Source: an uncultured Gammaproteobacteria bacterium (GTDB taxonomy: Bacteria > Patescibacteriota > Microgenomatia > Levybacterales > GWA1-39-11). Taken from it: a DNA stretch of 64,000 nucleotides. Below are positions 1 to 10,188 of the stretch, in pieces (position 1 is the first letter of the stretch; each line of letters starts with the position of its first letter). Location of the stretch: assembly GCA_964472415.1 (NCBI GenBank), contig CAYYLC010000004.1, positions 33,110 to 97,109 on the forward strand, given 5' to 3'. The notes beneath the pieces were generated by a model that searched no databases, was not told the origin of the DNA, and saw only the letters and a program-made list of their open reading frames with translations. Made by a program: the position numbers and the translations under genes.

Positions 1-206
1 CGATCTCAGAATTGATAAAAAAATCTATGAAAATCGAAAAGGGTTCTCAAAAACCTGGAAGAGAATCAGCGGGAAAAATTACGCTCCAGCAAGCAAAAGA
101 TATTGCGGAGATAAAACTCGATGATTTAAATACAAAGGACGTTGATCAAGCGGCAAAAATAGTGCTCGGAGTTGCGCGAAGCATGGGAATCCAATCAGAA
201 AACTAA
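1..206 (+). CDS. rplK: 50S ribosomal protein L11, C-terminal part (truncated by window start)
   Basis: KGSQKPGRESAGKITLQQAKDIAEIKLDDLN...GVARSMGI is the L11 C-terminus; directly upstream of L1. Confidence 0.95.
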   Translation, partial: ISELIKKSMKIEKGSQKPGRESAGKITLQQAKDIAEIKLDDLNTKDVDQAAKIVLGVARSMGIQSEN

Positions 207-213
207 AAATACT

Positions 214-1083
214 ATGGGAAAAGTTAGAGTAAAAACATTTGACGAAACAGAAAATGCTGAAGCTTTAGCAAAGAAAAAAGCAAAGCGTGAGGCAAAAAAA
301 AATCAGAAAGAAGCCTTAAAAGCTGAAAAAAAGCCAACAGTGCAAGACGAAACAGAAACAGTTTCTACTCCTGAGGAGAAAATTAAAACTTCTAACGAGG
401 AAATTACTACGCCTGAAGAAAACATAACTACTGTGGAGACTCCTACAGAAAAAGAGGCTAAGAAAAGAAAGAAAAAGGAAAAATTCCAAACAAAAAAAAC
501 AGATTCTGACCGTGTTTCTGCAAATAAAAGAATGGTCTCATCTACGGAAAAATATCCGCTTGAAAAAGCAGTAAAGCTCCTCGCTCAGTTCAAAAAAAGT
601 AGCTTTGATGAAAGCGTGGAATTGCATGTGAATGTAAAAGAAAAGGGAATTTCAGGAACCCTCAAACTTCCTCATGGAACAGGAAAAACACTCAAGATTG
701 AAGTTGCTGATGACGCGATAATTGAATCAATCTCAAATGGCAAAATTGACTTTGATGTACTCATTGCAACTCCTGATATGATGCCAAAACTTGCAAAAAT
801 TGCTCGGATTCTCGGACCACGAGGCCTCATGCCAAACCCTAAAAATGGAACAGTAACAACAAATCCAGATGAGGCTATTAAAAAACTCTCAGGTGGTGAA
901 ATGAGATTTAAAACTGAGGCAAAGGCAGCGGTTATTCACCTTCTCATTGGAAAGCTTTCATTTGGCGAAGACAAACTAAAAGAAAATGCCACTACTGCAC
1001 TCGAAGCAATTGGAGAAGGCAAGATTAAATCTGCAACACTCACCTCAACCATGTCCCCAGGCATAAAGCTTGCGATACACTAA
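214..1083 (+). CDS. rplA: 50S ribosomal protein L1 with long K/E-rich N-terminal extension
   Basis: FDESVELH, LPHGTGK, LGPRGLMPNPKNGTVT, STMSPG motifs; ATG at 214 preferred over the ORF-track start. Confidence 0.95.
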   Translation: MGKVRVKTFDETENAEALAKKKAKREAKKNQKEALKAEKKPTVQDETETVSTPEEKIKTSNEEITTPEENITTVETPTEKEAKKRKKKEKFQTKKTDSDRVSANKRMVSSTEKYPLEKAVKLLAQFKKSSFDESVELHVNVKEKGISGTLKLPHGTGKTLKIEVADDAIIESISNGKIDFDVLIATPDMMPKLAKIARILGPRGLMPNPKNGTVTTNPDEAIKKLSGGEMRFKTEAKAAVIHLLIGKLSFGEDKLKENATTALEAIGEGKIKSATLTSTMSPGIKLAIH

Positions 1084-1105
1084 TCACTTCTCTACAATAA
1101 ATCCT

Positions 1106-1768
1106 ATGAAGCCGATTGTTGCTATCTTTGCGCATCCTGATGATGAAACATTTGGGCCTGGCGGATTTCTTGCACTTCAAGCACAAAAACGTGACGTATA
1201 TTTGATTTGTGTTACTGATGGAGCAGCAGGAAAAAATAGCTCACAAACAAATGAAAATAACCTCTCCCTGCTCCGCAAAAAAGAACTTACCAATGCATCA
1301 CGAATCTTAGGAATAAAAAAAGTCTTCTTTTTCAGTTATTCTGATGGCACACTCTCAAACAATTTATACCATGAAATAGCAAAGAATATTAAAGACACCA
1401 TCAGAAAAATTGAGCCTGAAATACTCGTTACATTCGAACCTCATGGGATCTCAGGACACATAGACCATATCGCAATTAGCCTTATTACAACATTTGTATT
1501 TGAAAAAATAGACTCAATCAAAAAACTCTTATATTTTTGTATGAGCAAAGCCGAAAGCAAGGAAATTGGGAAGAATTATTTTATCCATTTTCCTGAAGGA
1601 TACAGCAAGAATGAGATAGACTTGGTAGTAGATGTGTCATCTGTATGGGAAAAAAGAATCAATGCACTCCTTGCTCATGAATCACAAAAACACGACTCTA
1701 AAAAGCTCATACACTATCTCTCAAAAAAACCAAAAAATGAGTTTTTTCTCGTAAAGGAAAGGAAATGA
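1106..1768 (+). CDS. PIG-L/LmbE family N-acetylglucosaminyl deacetylase
   Basis: AHPDDE, GHIDH and AHESQ motifs. Confidence 0.9.
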   Translation: MKPIVAIFAHPDDETFGPGGFLALQAQKRDVYLICVTDGAAGKNSSQTNENNLSLLRKKELTNASRILGIKKVFFFSYSDGTLSNNLYHEIAKNIKDTIRKIEPEILVTFEPHGISGHIDHIAISLITTFVFEKIDSIKKLLYFCMSKAESKEIGKNYFIHFPEGYSKNEIDLVVDVSSVWEKRINALLAHESQKHDSKKLIHYLSKKPKNEFFLVKERK

Positions 1769-1775
1769 TCTGCAA

Positions 1776-2951
1776 TCATTGAAGTGCTTCTATCCCTGGA
1801 AGTGTCCCTTTCTCAATAAACTCCAACATTGCGCCACCACCGGTTGAAATATGGGTAATCTTATCCAAATATTCTTTCTTCGATATTGCAGCTATAGTGT
1901 CTCCTCCGCCTACTACAGAAGTTGCTGATTCATTTTCTGCAATTACATAATACAAAAAGTCTGTCCCGCGTCGAAACTGATCATTTTCAATATACCCAAC
2001 AGGCCCATTCCATACAATGGTTTTCGCATTCATGATAACTTTTGCATATCCTGCCATCGTTTCAGGCCCAATGTCTAATATGACGTCATTCACTCGCACA
2101 TCCTCCACCTTCCTAATATCATCTCCAATATCTTCATTATCCTTATCCCCCACTGCAACGTCGTCGGGCAAAATTATTGCTGTCCCATGCTTTTTTGCAG
2201 TTTTTTCAAGCTCCGTAAGCTCTTTCTCCATTCCTTTTTCATATAAACTTTTCCCGACTGGAAAACCTTTTGCAGCTAAAAATGTATTTGCAATTCCTCC
2301 GCCCAGAATCAAATAGTCTGCGATTTTTGTAAGACGGGTGAGAAGGTTAAATTTTGTCGAAACTTTTGCACCGCCAATAATCGCTACCAATGGGTGTTTA
2401 GGTTTTTTAATAAGCCCTCCAATAACTTCAATTTCGCGCTGAAGCAGCAATCCCCCATATGCAGGCAAAAACTTCGTAACACCTACTACAGAAGCACTCG
2501 CTCTGTGAGAAACGCCAAATCCATCATTTACAAATACGTCTGCGATATGAGCTAGTTTCTCAGAAAATTCTGAATCATTTCTCTTTTCACCTTCATAAAA
2601 TCTGATATTTTCTAATACAATTATCTCACCAACTCCCTGACGTTCAAGCTTTTTTGCTCCTTCTTCAGATAAAAAATCGTCTACTAATGTTATTTTCCCA
2701 TCCGGCAAATACCTCTTCAATCTGTTTTTCACAATTTCCAAAGAATATTTCTTATCACGCCCTTTCGGCCTACCCAGATGAGATACAATAATAAGTTTAT
2801 TTTTTTTATACAATTTTTCTATAGTAGGGAGTGTCTGACGAATGCGCTCGTCATCTCCTATGGTAAACTTTGGGGTAAGCGTTACGTTAAAATCAACCCG
2901 TAATAAAATTCTCTTATCCTTTATTTCTGCCTTATCAATAAAGTGAATCAT
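1776..2951 (-). CDS. pgk: Phosphoglycerate kinase
   Basis: RVDFNV, SHLGRPKG, LENIRF, WNGPVG, GGGDT, HISTGGGAMLEFIEKGTLPG. Confidence 0.97.
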   Translation of the reverse strand: MIHFIDKAEIKDKRILLRVDFNVTLTPKFTIGDDERIRQTLPTIEKLYKKNKLIIVSHLGRPKGRDKKYSLEIVKNRLKRYLPDGKITLVDDFLSEEGAKKLERQGVGEIIVLENIRFYEGEKRNDSEFSEKLAHIADVFVNDGFGVSHRASASVVGVTKFLPAYGGLLLQREIEVIGGLIKKPKHPLVAIIGGAKVSTKFNLLTRLTKIADYLILGGGIANTFLAAKGFPVGKSLYEKGMEKELTELEKTAKKHGTAIILPDDVAVGDKDNEDIGDDIRKVEDVRVNDVILDIGPETMAGYAKVIMNAKTIVWNGPVGYIENDQFRRGTDFLYYVIAENESATSVVGGGDTIAAISKKEYLDKITHISTGGGAMLEFIEKGTLPGIEALQ

Positions 2952-2952
2952 C

Positions 2953-4290
2953 TTAAAACTCTACGTATTTTCGCACTGTATGAGAAGTTCCTGCGATATT
3001 AAAGGCATCAAATAAAAATCCCACTTCTTCACTTAAAGCTTTTTTTATCTTTTCTTTAAATTCCTCCGGTAATGTCCAGCAGTCCTTCTTAAACTTTCCT
3101 ACAGATTTTTTTCGTAGTTTATAAATAAACTGTGTATCATTCCATCCTTCTTCTCGTTGAGATTCTAAATTTTCAAGCGTCCATGCATGCATTTTTTCTC
3201 GCAGATCTTCTGGAATATTTTCCATTATAATATTCTGAAACTCTGTAGATAGATGAACTTCAACCGTATCGTGTTCAGGGAATTTAGAAAACTCTTCCCT
3301 CGGCAAAGTAGAAGCTCCATGTTGAACAGTGCCCGCAATCTTGTATTTATCACGAGAAACACAGCTTATATCTTTAAGAACTGAAAAATCAATCTCTGCT
3401 CTCTTTACATTTCCATCTTTATCTGGAATCCCGCCATGAGATGTTCCAGTCTGCACACTCACCTTCACAAGCCCTTCTCTGTCTCCGATACTATCTAAAT
3501 ACCCTTCCATAAACGCCGTAAAATCGTCGGAGGTGCTGTTTTTCCCACCAATATGGCCTATCTCTCCACCAATCGAAACTCTCACCCCTGGTGGCTGTAA
3601 ATTCCTGATATATTTTGTGATTTCTGCAGTCATGTCGTAATTGTCTCTTTGCTGTTCAGATAAATCTTCTTTTTCTAAGTCTACAAGCGTAGAGGCATCA
3701 ATATCTATGTTATAGATATGCGCCATAAGACTATCTTTTATGAGGAGCTCAATATTATCAATCTCCTCTTGGGGATTTTTCTCAAATATCTTTTTTGTAA
3801 ACTGATAATGATCTCCTTGAATAAACACTGGACCTTCAAATCTTGCTTTTATTGCGCCTGCAAGAACTGATGCGCTAAATTCTTCGGGACGCTGATCTGT
3901 ATAGTCCATTTCGTGTCGCGCAAGCTCAAGGATAAATGCACCAGCTTCTCGCTTTTTTGCCTCTTCAAAAATAACTTGAGAAAAATCATAATTCATCATA
4001 CGAATATTCATTGCTGGCACACTAAATCCGGTAACTTCTCCACGCCCAATTGCCTTATATAGCTCAAGGATTGAGGCAGATTTTACACCAACTAACGGCG
4101 CAATCTTACGAATTAGAACTTGTGCAGCAAATTTAACCGATGAATCCTCAGAAAGCGCTGATGTATACGCAAGCGTATCAATTCCCTCAGCATAGAGTTT
4201 TTCAATGTTAGTAATTTCTAAAACATCGTCTCCTCTTACAAACGTAGAAACATATGAAGAAAACTCTTCACTATTATTTATAACCATCAT
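2953..4290 (-). CDS. Class II fructose-bisphosphate aldolase family protein
   Basis: QGDHYQF, DIDASTL, GGEIGHIGGKNST, QTGTSHGG, VQHGASTLP; adjacent to pgk. Confidence 0.88.
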   Translation of the reverse strand: MMVINNSEEFSSYVSTFVRGDDVLEITNIEKLYAEGIDTLAYTSALSEDSSVKFAAQVLIRKIAPLVGVKSASILELYKAIGRGEVTGFSVPAMNIRMMNYDFSQVIFEEAKKREAGAFILELARHEMDYTDQRPEEFSASVLAGAIKARFEGPVFIQGDHYQFTKKIFEKNPQEEIDNIELLIKDSLMAHIYNIDIDASTLVDLEKEDLSEQQRDNYDMTAEITKYIRNLQPPGVRVSIGGEIGHIGGKNSTSDDFTAFMEGYLDSIGDREGLVKVSVQTGTSHGGIPDKDGNVKRAEIDFSVLKDISCVSRDKYKIAGTVQHGASTLPREEFSKFPEHDTVEVHLSTEFQNIIMENIPEDLREKMHAWTLENLESQREEGWNDTQFIYKLRKKSVGKFKKDCWTLPEEFKEKIKKALSEEVGFLFDAFNIAGTSHTVRKYVEF

Positions 4291-4355
4291 ATCTACGATA
4301 ATGCATTTTTCACCATAATGTCAACATGAATTAAAATATTTGATATCATAAATAC

Positions 4356-4703
4356 ATGAAAAAAAATAATCGATTTGGTGGGATCATATGGACGGATCAT
4401 GCACTCTCTCGTATGAATGAACGCGGAATTCCCCAAGATTATGCTATACAGACATTCAAAAACCCGGATAAATCATATCCAAATAATAACGGGTTTAAAT
4501 ATATAAAACATATTGAGAACAAAAAAATTACACTCCTCATTATAAAAAACGACCAATACGAATGGGTCGCAATTTCCATCTGGATGGATCCACCCATGGA
4601 AGGAACAAATGACTATAAAAAACAAAGGCGTTATCAAGAATACAAAAAAGCATCATTCGGAAAGAAGATCTGGATGAGCATCCTCAAGCAGCTCGGAATA
4701 TAA
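4356..4703 (+). CDS. DUF4258-like small protein
   Basis: WTDHALSRMNERGI motif typical of DUF4258. Confidence 0.65.
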   Translation: MKKNNRFGGIIWTDHALSRMNERGIPQDYAIQTFKNPDKSYPNNNGFKYIKHIENKKITLLIIKNDQYEWVAISIWMDPPMEGTNDYKKQRRYQEYKKASFGKKIWMSILKQLGI

Positions 4704-4844
4704 TATCAAAAATATCTCTTGTGGAACCTCTCGCAGTCTCGCTTCTTCTTACACTACCGGCATGGAATACGTGAGATATACAAATGAGCACACAAAAAGA
4801 AAATAGGGAATAAGGAGCAATTTTACAATTCTTAGGAGAGGAAA

Positions 4845-5582
4845 TTAATATTCTATAAATTTCACAATATTTGCATCAGTTCGGAGCTTTTCCATCATAG
4901 AAGCATACTGAGTCTGAAGTTTCTGCTGCTTTAATTGTTCACGGATTTGATCTCGAGTTTGCTCCACATTCTCAGCATTCTCTACTAAATCCGGATTTGT
5001 TTCAAGAAATTGATCCAATTCCTCATCACTCACCGCAACTTCATCTCCAAGCATCTTTTCTGCAGCAATTTGGATCTTTAGCTCCTCATTGAACTCATCT
5101 ATCGTAAGGCCTTGGGCTGTGAGAATCTGTTCAAAATTCTCCTGATTTCCTCCACTCACCTGATCCATAACCTCCTTACGACGAGCATCGACTTCTTCGG
5201 TGGTCGCAGTGATACCCTTCCGCTCTGCCTCCTGAAGAATAAGTGCTTTATCAATAAGTCTACTTAATATAGTTGCTCCATACTGGTTTTCTAATTCTGA
5301 AACAATTGCGAGCCGGGAGATTGGCTGATTGTTTACGGTAGCAGCAACAAAAAGCCCCCGATTAATATAAGCAATGATCCCGATGAGAATAAGCAGTATC
5401 GCTCCCAATATAATAAGTTTATTTCGCTTTGAAAGCTTATCTAAACTGAATGGATTCAGATTTAATCTTGACTTATCAGATTCGACACTCACGTTGCTTT
5501 GTACTTCTTTTTTTACAACTGGCTTCTTTGCAGGTGTTTTACGAGAAGGAGATTTTGCTTGAGCCTTTTTTGCTGTTGCCAT
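4845..5582 (-). CDS. Membrane-anchored SurA N-terminal domain (PrsA-like) chaperone
   Basis: TM helix, then AATVNNQPIS, LIDKALILQEAERKGI, KLRTDANIVKF. Confidence 0.85.
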   Translation of the reverse strand: MATAKKAQAKSPSRKTPAKKPVVKKEVQSNVSVESDKSRLNLNPFSLDKLSKRNKLIILGAILLILIGIIAYINRGLFVAATVNNQPISRLAIVSELENQYGATILSRLIDKALILQEAERKGITATTEEVDARRKEVMDQVSGGNQENFEQILTAQGLTIDEFNEELKIQIAAEKMLGDEVAVSDEELDQFLETNPDLVENAENVEQTRDQIREQLKQQKLQTQYASMMEKLRTDANIVKFIEY

Positions 5583-5659
5583 AAAGCCTAGTATAAAGAA
5601 TATTTTCTAAAAAAACAATAATCTATTTTTTTCACTTTTCCTATAATAACAAGATCTTT

Positions 5660-6289
5660 TTATTCACAGGATTCTACGATTGTTTCTCCCAGAAATATAA
5701 TTTCTTTCTCAGTTTTTTCTATCGCAATTATTTGATATGGATTTGTAAGTGCCAAAGGAACAACACAATTTTTTCCAGGAGCTTTTTCTTTCACCATAAA
5801 CTCTATTTTTTCATCAGTAACTTTTATTTGCTGTAAATTTATTGCATATCCGCCAGATGGTTTTTGCCCCATGACGACTGCGATAGCGGTCTGATTCTCA
5901 AAATCTACAGAAGGCTCTACTGCAGCATCTGAAAAGATCGTATCCCACTCAGACTGAGAATTTATTATATAATTCCCCCGTTCGAGCTGTAATGGTAACT
6001 CATGTACCCCTTTTTGTATCTGAATTATTTTAGGTGGTATAGATTGAAGTGTTTCATAGTATGTTTTTCCATTTAGCGTACATTCCCGTGGAGTCACATA
6101 GGCAACTACATGCCCTGAAGTAACGCACTCCTCAAAACTCATCCCTAGGCCCTCTTTCAGGTTTGTGAATCCGATATAAAGAACAAATAATCCTACAAGA
6201 AAAATTCCTAAGATAACACCATAACTCAAATGCTTTTTCTGTGAAGTTTTAATTCTCTTTGCGATTTTAGAAGACTTTTTCTTAGGCAT
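5660..6289 (-). CDS. PrcB C-terminal domain membrane protein
   Basis: VDFENQTAIAVVMGQKPSGGYAI...C...ALTNPYQIIAI, plus SFEECV..GH motif after a TM helix. Confidence 0.75.
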   Translation of the reverse strand: MPKKKSSKIAKRIKTSQKKHLSYGVILGIFLVGLFVLYIGFTNLKEGLGMSFEECVTSGHVVAYVTPRECTLNGKTYYETLQSIPPKIIQIQKGVHELPLQLERGNYIINSQSEWDTIFSDAAVEPSVDFENQTAIAVVMGQKPSGGYAINLQQIKVTDEKIEFMVKEKAPGKNCVVPLALTNPYQIIAIEKTEKEIIFLGETIVESCE

Positions 6290-6376
6290 TATATCCAGTG
6301 TAGCACAAGAGTTAAAAAATGAAAATTTCAATAAAATTGTAATTTTAGGTTAATTATTGTATTGTTTTAATTTAAT

Positions 6377-7027
6377 ATGGAACTTATTGTAATTACTGCT
6401 GCATTCGCAATTACCCATCTCATTTTTATCATGTACTACATTTGTCAGGCTGGACTAATTTTTAACCTAAGCATTCTAAAATGGTTTAAAAATAAAGCCA
6501 AAAAGAATGAAAAAATTTCATTGATTGATCTCTTCCTTATTCCTCTTTCCGTCGTCATTTGCTACTTGACCACTGGAACATTCAACTATGGCGGCTTTGG
6601 GTTCGGCAATCCATATAATGAATTAACTATTAACACATATGCTATCTTTCATTTTTTTGGAGATCTAAGAAGTCAACTTCTATTGTTTATTATAATTTTT
6701 ATGTCAATCTCTCTCCCACTACACTTATCACAACGATTATCGAAAAGGGGCTCGATAATAGTATTACTTGCAAACATTGGAGTTACAATTCTAATATTTC
6801 ATGGAGCAACTACCTGCACTGCTGGGCTAGAATGTCTTGGGTATTATTTCCTAATAATACCCAATATTATTGCCAACATACTACTTGTTATAAACATTAT
6901 TACATCAAACATGGTGATTACCAGAATAGTTCTACTTCTTGTAAGCCTTATTCATATAGGAACGCTACTTTATATCGCCTATGGATTAAACATGGGCAGC
7001 GTGTATGGAATTGAAATAATAAAATAG
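6377..7027 (+). CDS. Hypothetical multi-pass membrane protein
   Basis: 216-aa ORF with about six hydrophobic segments; no recognisable motif. Confidence 0.6.
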   Translation: MELIVITAAFAITHLIFIMYYICQAGLIFNLSILKWFKNKAKKNEKISLIDLFLIPLSVVICYLTTGTFNYGGFGFGNPYNELTINTYAIFHFFGDLRSQLLLFIIIFMSISLPLHLSQRLSKRGSIIVLLANIGVTILIFHGATTCTAGLECLGYYFLIIPNIIANILLVINIITSNMVITRIVLLLVSLIHIGTLLYIAYGLNMGSVYGIEIIK

Positions 7028-7043
7028 CTACGCTTGTGAGCAG

Positions 7044-7883
7044 CTATTCCTCCTCCACGGTTAATGCTAAATATATTTTTCGACCGGTTGCAATCTCTAA
7101 CTCTCGCCGGGCCATCATACCGATTTCTTTAATACGACTCCCATTCTGTCCAATAATCATTTTTTTATATCGTTTTGGTGCGATGATTCGCGCCTTGATA
7201 AACGCAATATCTTTCTTTTTTCGATTCTCTATTTCATCTACCACCACGCGTATCATATACGGCAATTCTCGCCGCAGCCGTAAAAATGCCTTCTCCCGAA
7301 TAAGCTCTTCAAGAAACAATCTAGAATTTAAATTCAGCGCTTTATTTGGCAATGCTGCAGATTCAAATAATTCTTCACCTTCGGGAAGATGTTCAAATAT
7401 CCAATCAAGAATATGATTTATATTTTCTCCTTTCAGTGCAGATACTCGGACCACTTCTTCAAATTCATCTTCTAAAAATCGATACTGCTCATAATATGTC
7501 GTCCCTCGCTTATCAATTTTATTTATTACGAGAAGCTTCGGAATTTTTGTTTTCCTGAGTGCCCCAAGGACTCTATTCTCCTCAAGTCCACGCTTCCGCG
7601 TATGATCAATCAAATACACTATTGCATCTACATCTTCTGATAAGATATGTTCGGCCTCATTATTTATCTCTTTGAGTTTCGGGTTTTTCGTTTTTGCAAA
7701 AATTCCTGGCGTATCGATAAATAAAATCTGGCCTCGTGAATCTTCATATGCTGCCTCAATCGCAAATTGCGTAGTCTGAGGCTTTGGAGAAGTTATCGCT
7801 ACTTTTTGCCCAATGATTCGATTTATAAGCGTAGATTTACCGGCATTCGGCCTTCCGATTAACGCTACTGTTCCTGATTTCAT
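7044..7883 (-). CDS. era: GTPase Era
   Basis: GRPNAGKST, TSPKPQTT, DTPG, NKID, KH-domain IIGQNGSRIKEIG. Confidence 0.96.
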   Translation of the reverse strand: MKSGTVALIGRPNAGKSTLINRIIGQKVAITSPKPQTTQFAIEAAYEDSRGQILFIDTPGIFAKTKNPKLKEINNEAEHILSEDVDAIVYLIDHTRKRGLEENRVLGALRKTKIPKLLVINKIDKRGTTYYEQYRFLEDEFEEVVRVSALKGENINHILDWIFEHLPEGEELFESAALPNKALNLNSRLFLEELIREKAFLRLRRELPYMIRVVVDEIENRKKKDIAFIKARIIAPKRYKKMIIGQNGSRIKEIGMMARRELEIATGRKIYLALTVEEE

Positions 7884-7930
7884 AAAGATTATTATACCAG
7901 AACCTTTGAGGGAAAAATAGTATTATAGGA

Positions 7931-8692
7931 TTATTTAGTAGCTATTGCTAACCGTCCACCAAATCGCCGCTCACGGCGGGTAAAGTCGATAATCGCATCA
8001 ACAATATCTTTTGAACCGGAATTTGGAAGTAATTTTTCGATAAAGTAGAGCTCGGAATTAGTAGAAAGCCAACCCAAGTCAGAGGTTCGCTTTTCCCCAC
8101 TTGTTCGAATCACAAGATCTGCAGGTGGAACAATTCCATCTCCATCCCGATACTTAACTAATAATTCAGGAGTAATTCGCTTCACATTATCCGCAAGCAT
8201 TCGCTTAAAAATACGTAATTCCTGATCAGCTCCCGCATAATCAACTGCCAAAGAGAACACTGTCCCTGTATTATTCTTCGTAAGGCTTTCTGCCTCCTCA
8301 AATTTTTTCCTCAAATACTGGGGAATTCTATCCTTGCGACCAATATGAATAATCCGCGAATTTTTCTCCATCGCATCAGGGATCATTTCAGAAAGTGTAC
8401 TATTGATTACTTTCATGATCCCATCTGCCTCTTCTTTTGTTCGCGACCAATTATCAGCTGAAAATCCCCAGATCGTCACAAATTTTATAGGAAGCTGCCA
8501 CAGATCACCATAGATTGCTTTCACTACTTCAGCACCTGCTCTGTGACCATCAGTAATATTTTTTCTCGCAAGCTTCGCCCATCGTCCATTCCCATCAGGA
8601 ATCAAAAGGACATGGTTTGGAAATTTCTCGTGGGGTATTTTTTTGAGCTCTGGAAACTTCTCCCAGACAGTTTTTTTAGATTTTCTGAACAT
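7931..8692 (-). CDS. uppS: Undecaprenyl diphosphate synthase (cis-prenyltransferase)
   Basis: IPDGNGRWA, FSADNWSR, DLVIRTSGEKRTS, RERRFGG. Confidence 0.93.
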   Translation of the reverse strand: MFRKSKKTVWEKFPELKKIPHEKFPNHVLLIPDGNGRWAKLARKNITDGHRAGAEVVKAIYGDLWQLPIKFVTIWGFSADNWSRTKEEADGIMKVINSTLSEMIPDAMEKNSRIIHIGRKDRIPQYLRKKFEEAESLTKNNTGTVFSLAVDYAGADQELRIFKRMLADNVKRITPELLVKYRDGDGIVPPADLVIRTSGEKRTSDLGWLSTNSELYFIEKLLPNSGSKDIVDAIIDFTRRERRFGGRLAIATK

Positions 8693-8740
8693 AAATAATT
8701 CGATTGGTATATTTTACTAAAAGGGCCTTCAAACTACAAA

Positions 8741-9358
8741 TCACAGGTACTTTCTGATAAATTTAGTCCTATGATGAGCCGTCGCCCCGAAATATCCTAA
8801 TGCATTTCTATGATCTGCCGTTCCATATCCTTTATTCTTATCCCATCCATATTGTGAGTATTCTCGTGCAAGATGTTTCATGTGTCTATCCCGTGTAACC
8901 TTCGCAAGAATCGAAGCAGCTGCAATACTAACACTTACTCTGTCTCCCTTAACAATTGGCGTCTGTAAGGCATTACCTGGAATTGAAAACGCATCAATAA
9001 GCATATGCAAGTTCTGGAAATCCTCTGCAGCCTTTTCATAAACTCTTTGCATACCAAGCGTAGTTGCTCTTCCAATACCCATTGTATTTATACTAGAAAG
9101 ATCAATAAGCTCTACATGAGAGAAGAGTGCATGAGTAGTAATTTCCTGAAAAAGTAATTCTCGTTTTTTTTCAGAGAGTAACTTCGAATCATTAATCTCG
9201 AACGCCAATAATTTTTCAGCATGAATCTTATCAAATAAAACTCCTGCGACCGCAAGAGGCCCTGCAAATGCCCCACGCCCTGCCTCATCTATTCCTAAAA
9301 CCTGCAAACCTGCCTTCCATAATGGTATTTCGAATTTAAAATCAGAAAGAATATGCAT
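8741..9358 (-). CDS. rnhB: Ribonuclease HII
   Basis: GIDEAGRG, DSKLLS, KGD...SIAAASILAKVTRD, NKGYGT. Confidence 0.96.
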   Translation of the reverse strand: MHILSDFKFEIPLWKAGLQVLGIDEAGRGAFAGPLAVAGVLFDKIHAEKLLAFEINDSKLLSEKKRELLFQEITTHALFSHVELIDLSSINTMGIGRATTLGMQRVYEKAAEDFQNLHMLIDAFSIPGNALQTPIVKGDRVSVSIAAASILAKVTRDRHMKHLAREYSQYGWDKNKGYGTADHRNALGYFGATAHHRTKFIRKYL

Positions 9359-9435
9359 ACCTTTTTATAGCAGGAAAAAATAATTGCTTCAAATTATCTT
9401 GCTCGAAAAAATATCATCTGGTACAATTCAGCGTT

Positions 9436-10188
9436 ATGAGCGCAGAACTTTTTCTTGAATCAAATACTTCCCAAAATAAAGAACTCTTAGAATTATCGAA
9501 TGAAGCACGAAGAAATTATGAAACACGCTCTCCCATAATCTTTCTTACTGAAACACTGATCGATAAAGCACATCAGGGCATGCGCAGCTACTCACAAAAC
9601 TATGAGCGAGAGGATGATAAATTGGTTGACCTTGCACGAGGATACGTTTTCCGAGATGAAGCCCGGATTGAATATGCAGCAAGTGTGTTTGGAAATATTA
9701 TCCTCGAACTAGATAATATCATGGATAAAGGAATTTTTGATTTGGAATCCTTTATTGAGCGAACAAACCAAAGTCTTGTTGGAACTGCTATTCCAAATCT
9801 TCCTGCAGCAGATAGCACTAGAGAAAAAAAGTATTCTCTTTCTGAAAAAGAGCTACAAACATTTTACGAAACGTATAGAAATGATCCAAGCTATGCTTCA
9901 TTCTTTAATAGGCGTAACAGTAAATTTCCTGCCAATTTTCAAAAATATGCTCACGCAGATGAGCACCTACTTGGTCTTACCGGATATACCCTTCCTCTAG
10001 TAGCACGAGAATGGAAAAGTATGGCAAAACATTTTCTCTATTATTATGATTCTCTTTATGAAAGAAATCTTGGGGATCTCGAGCAAATATATGATATGAA
10101 ACGTCAAGGATTTACGAATGACCAACTCAATTATTATACGAATCTATCAACAAGAGATATTCCTTCTATACACGAACAGGAGCAATAG
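9436..10188 (+). CDS. Hypothetical protein (paralog of 11471..12151)
   Basis: 250-aa ORF with colinear similarity to the 11471 ORF. Confidence 0.75.
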   Translation: MSAELFLESNTSQNKELLELSNEARRNYETRSPIIFLTETLIDKAHQGMRSYSQNYEREDDKLVDLARGYVFRDEARIEYAASVFGNIILELDNIMDKGIFDLESFIERTNQSLVGTAIPNLPAADSTREKKYSLSEKELQTFYETYRNDPSYASFFNRRNSKFPANFQKYAHADEHLLGLTGYTLPLVAREWKSMAKHFLYYYDSLYERNLGDLEQIYDMKRQGFTNDQLNYYTNLSTRDIPSIHEQEQ

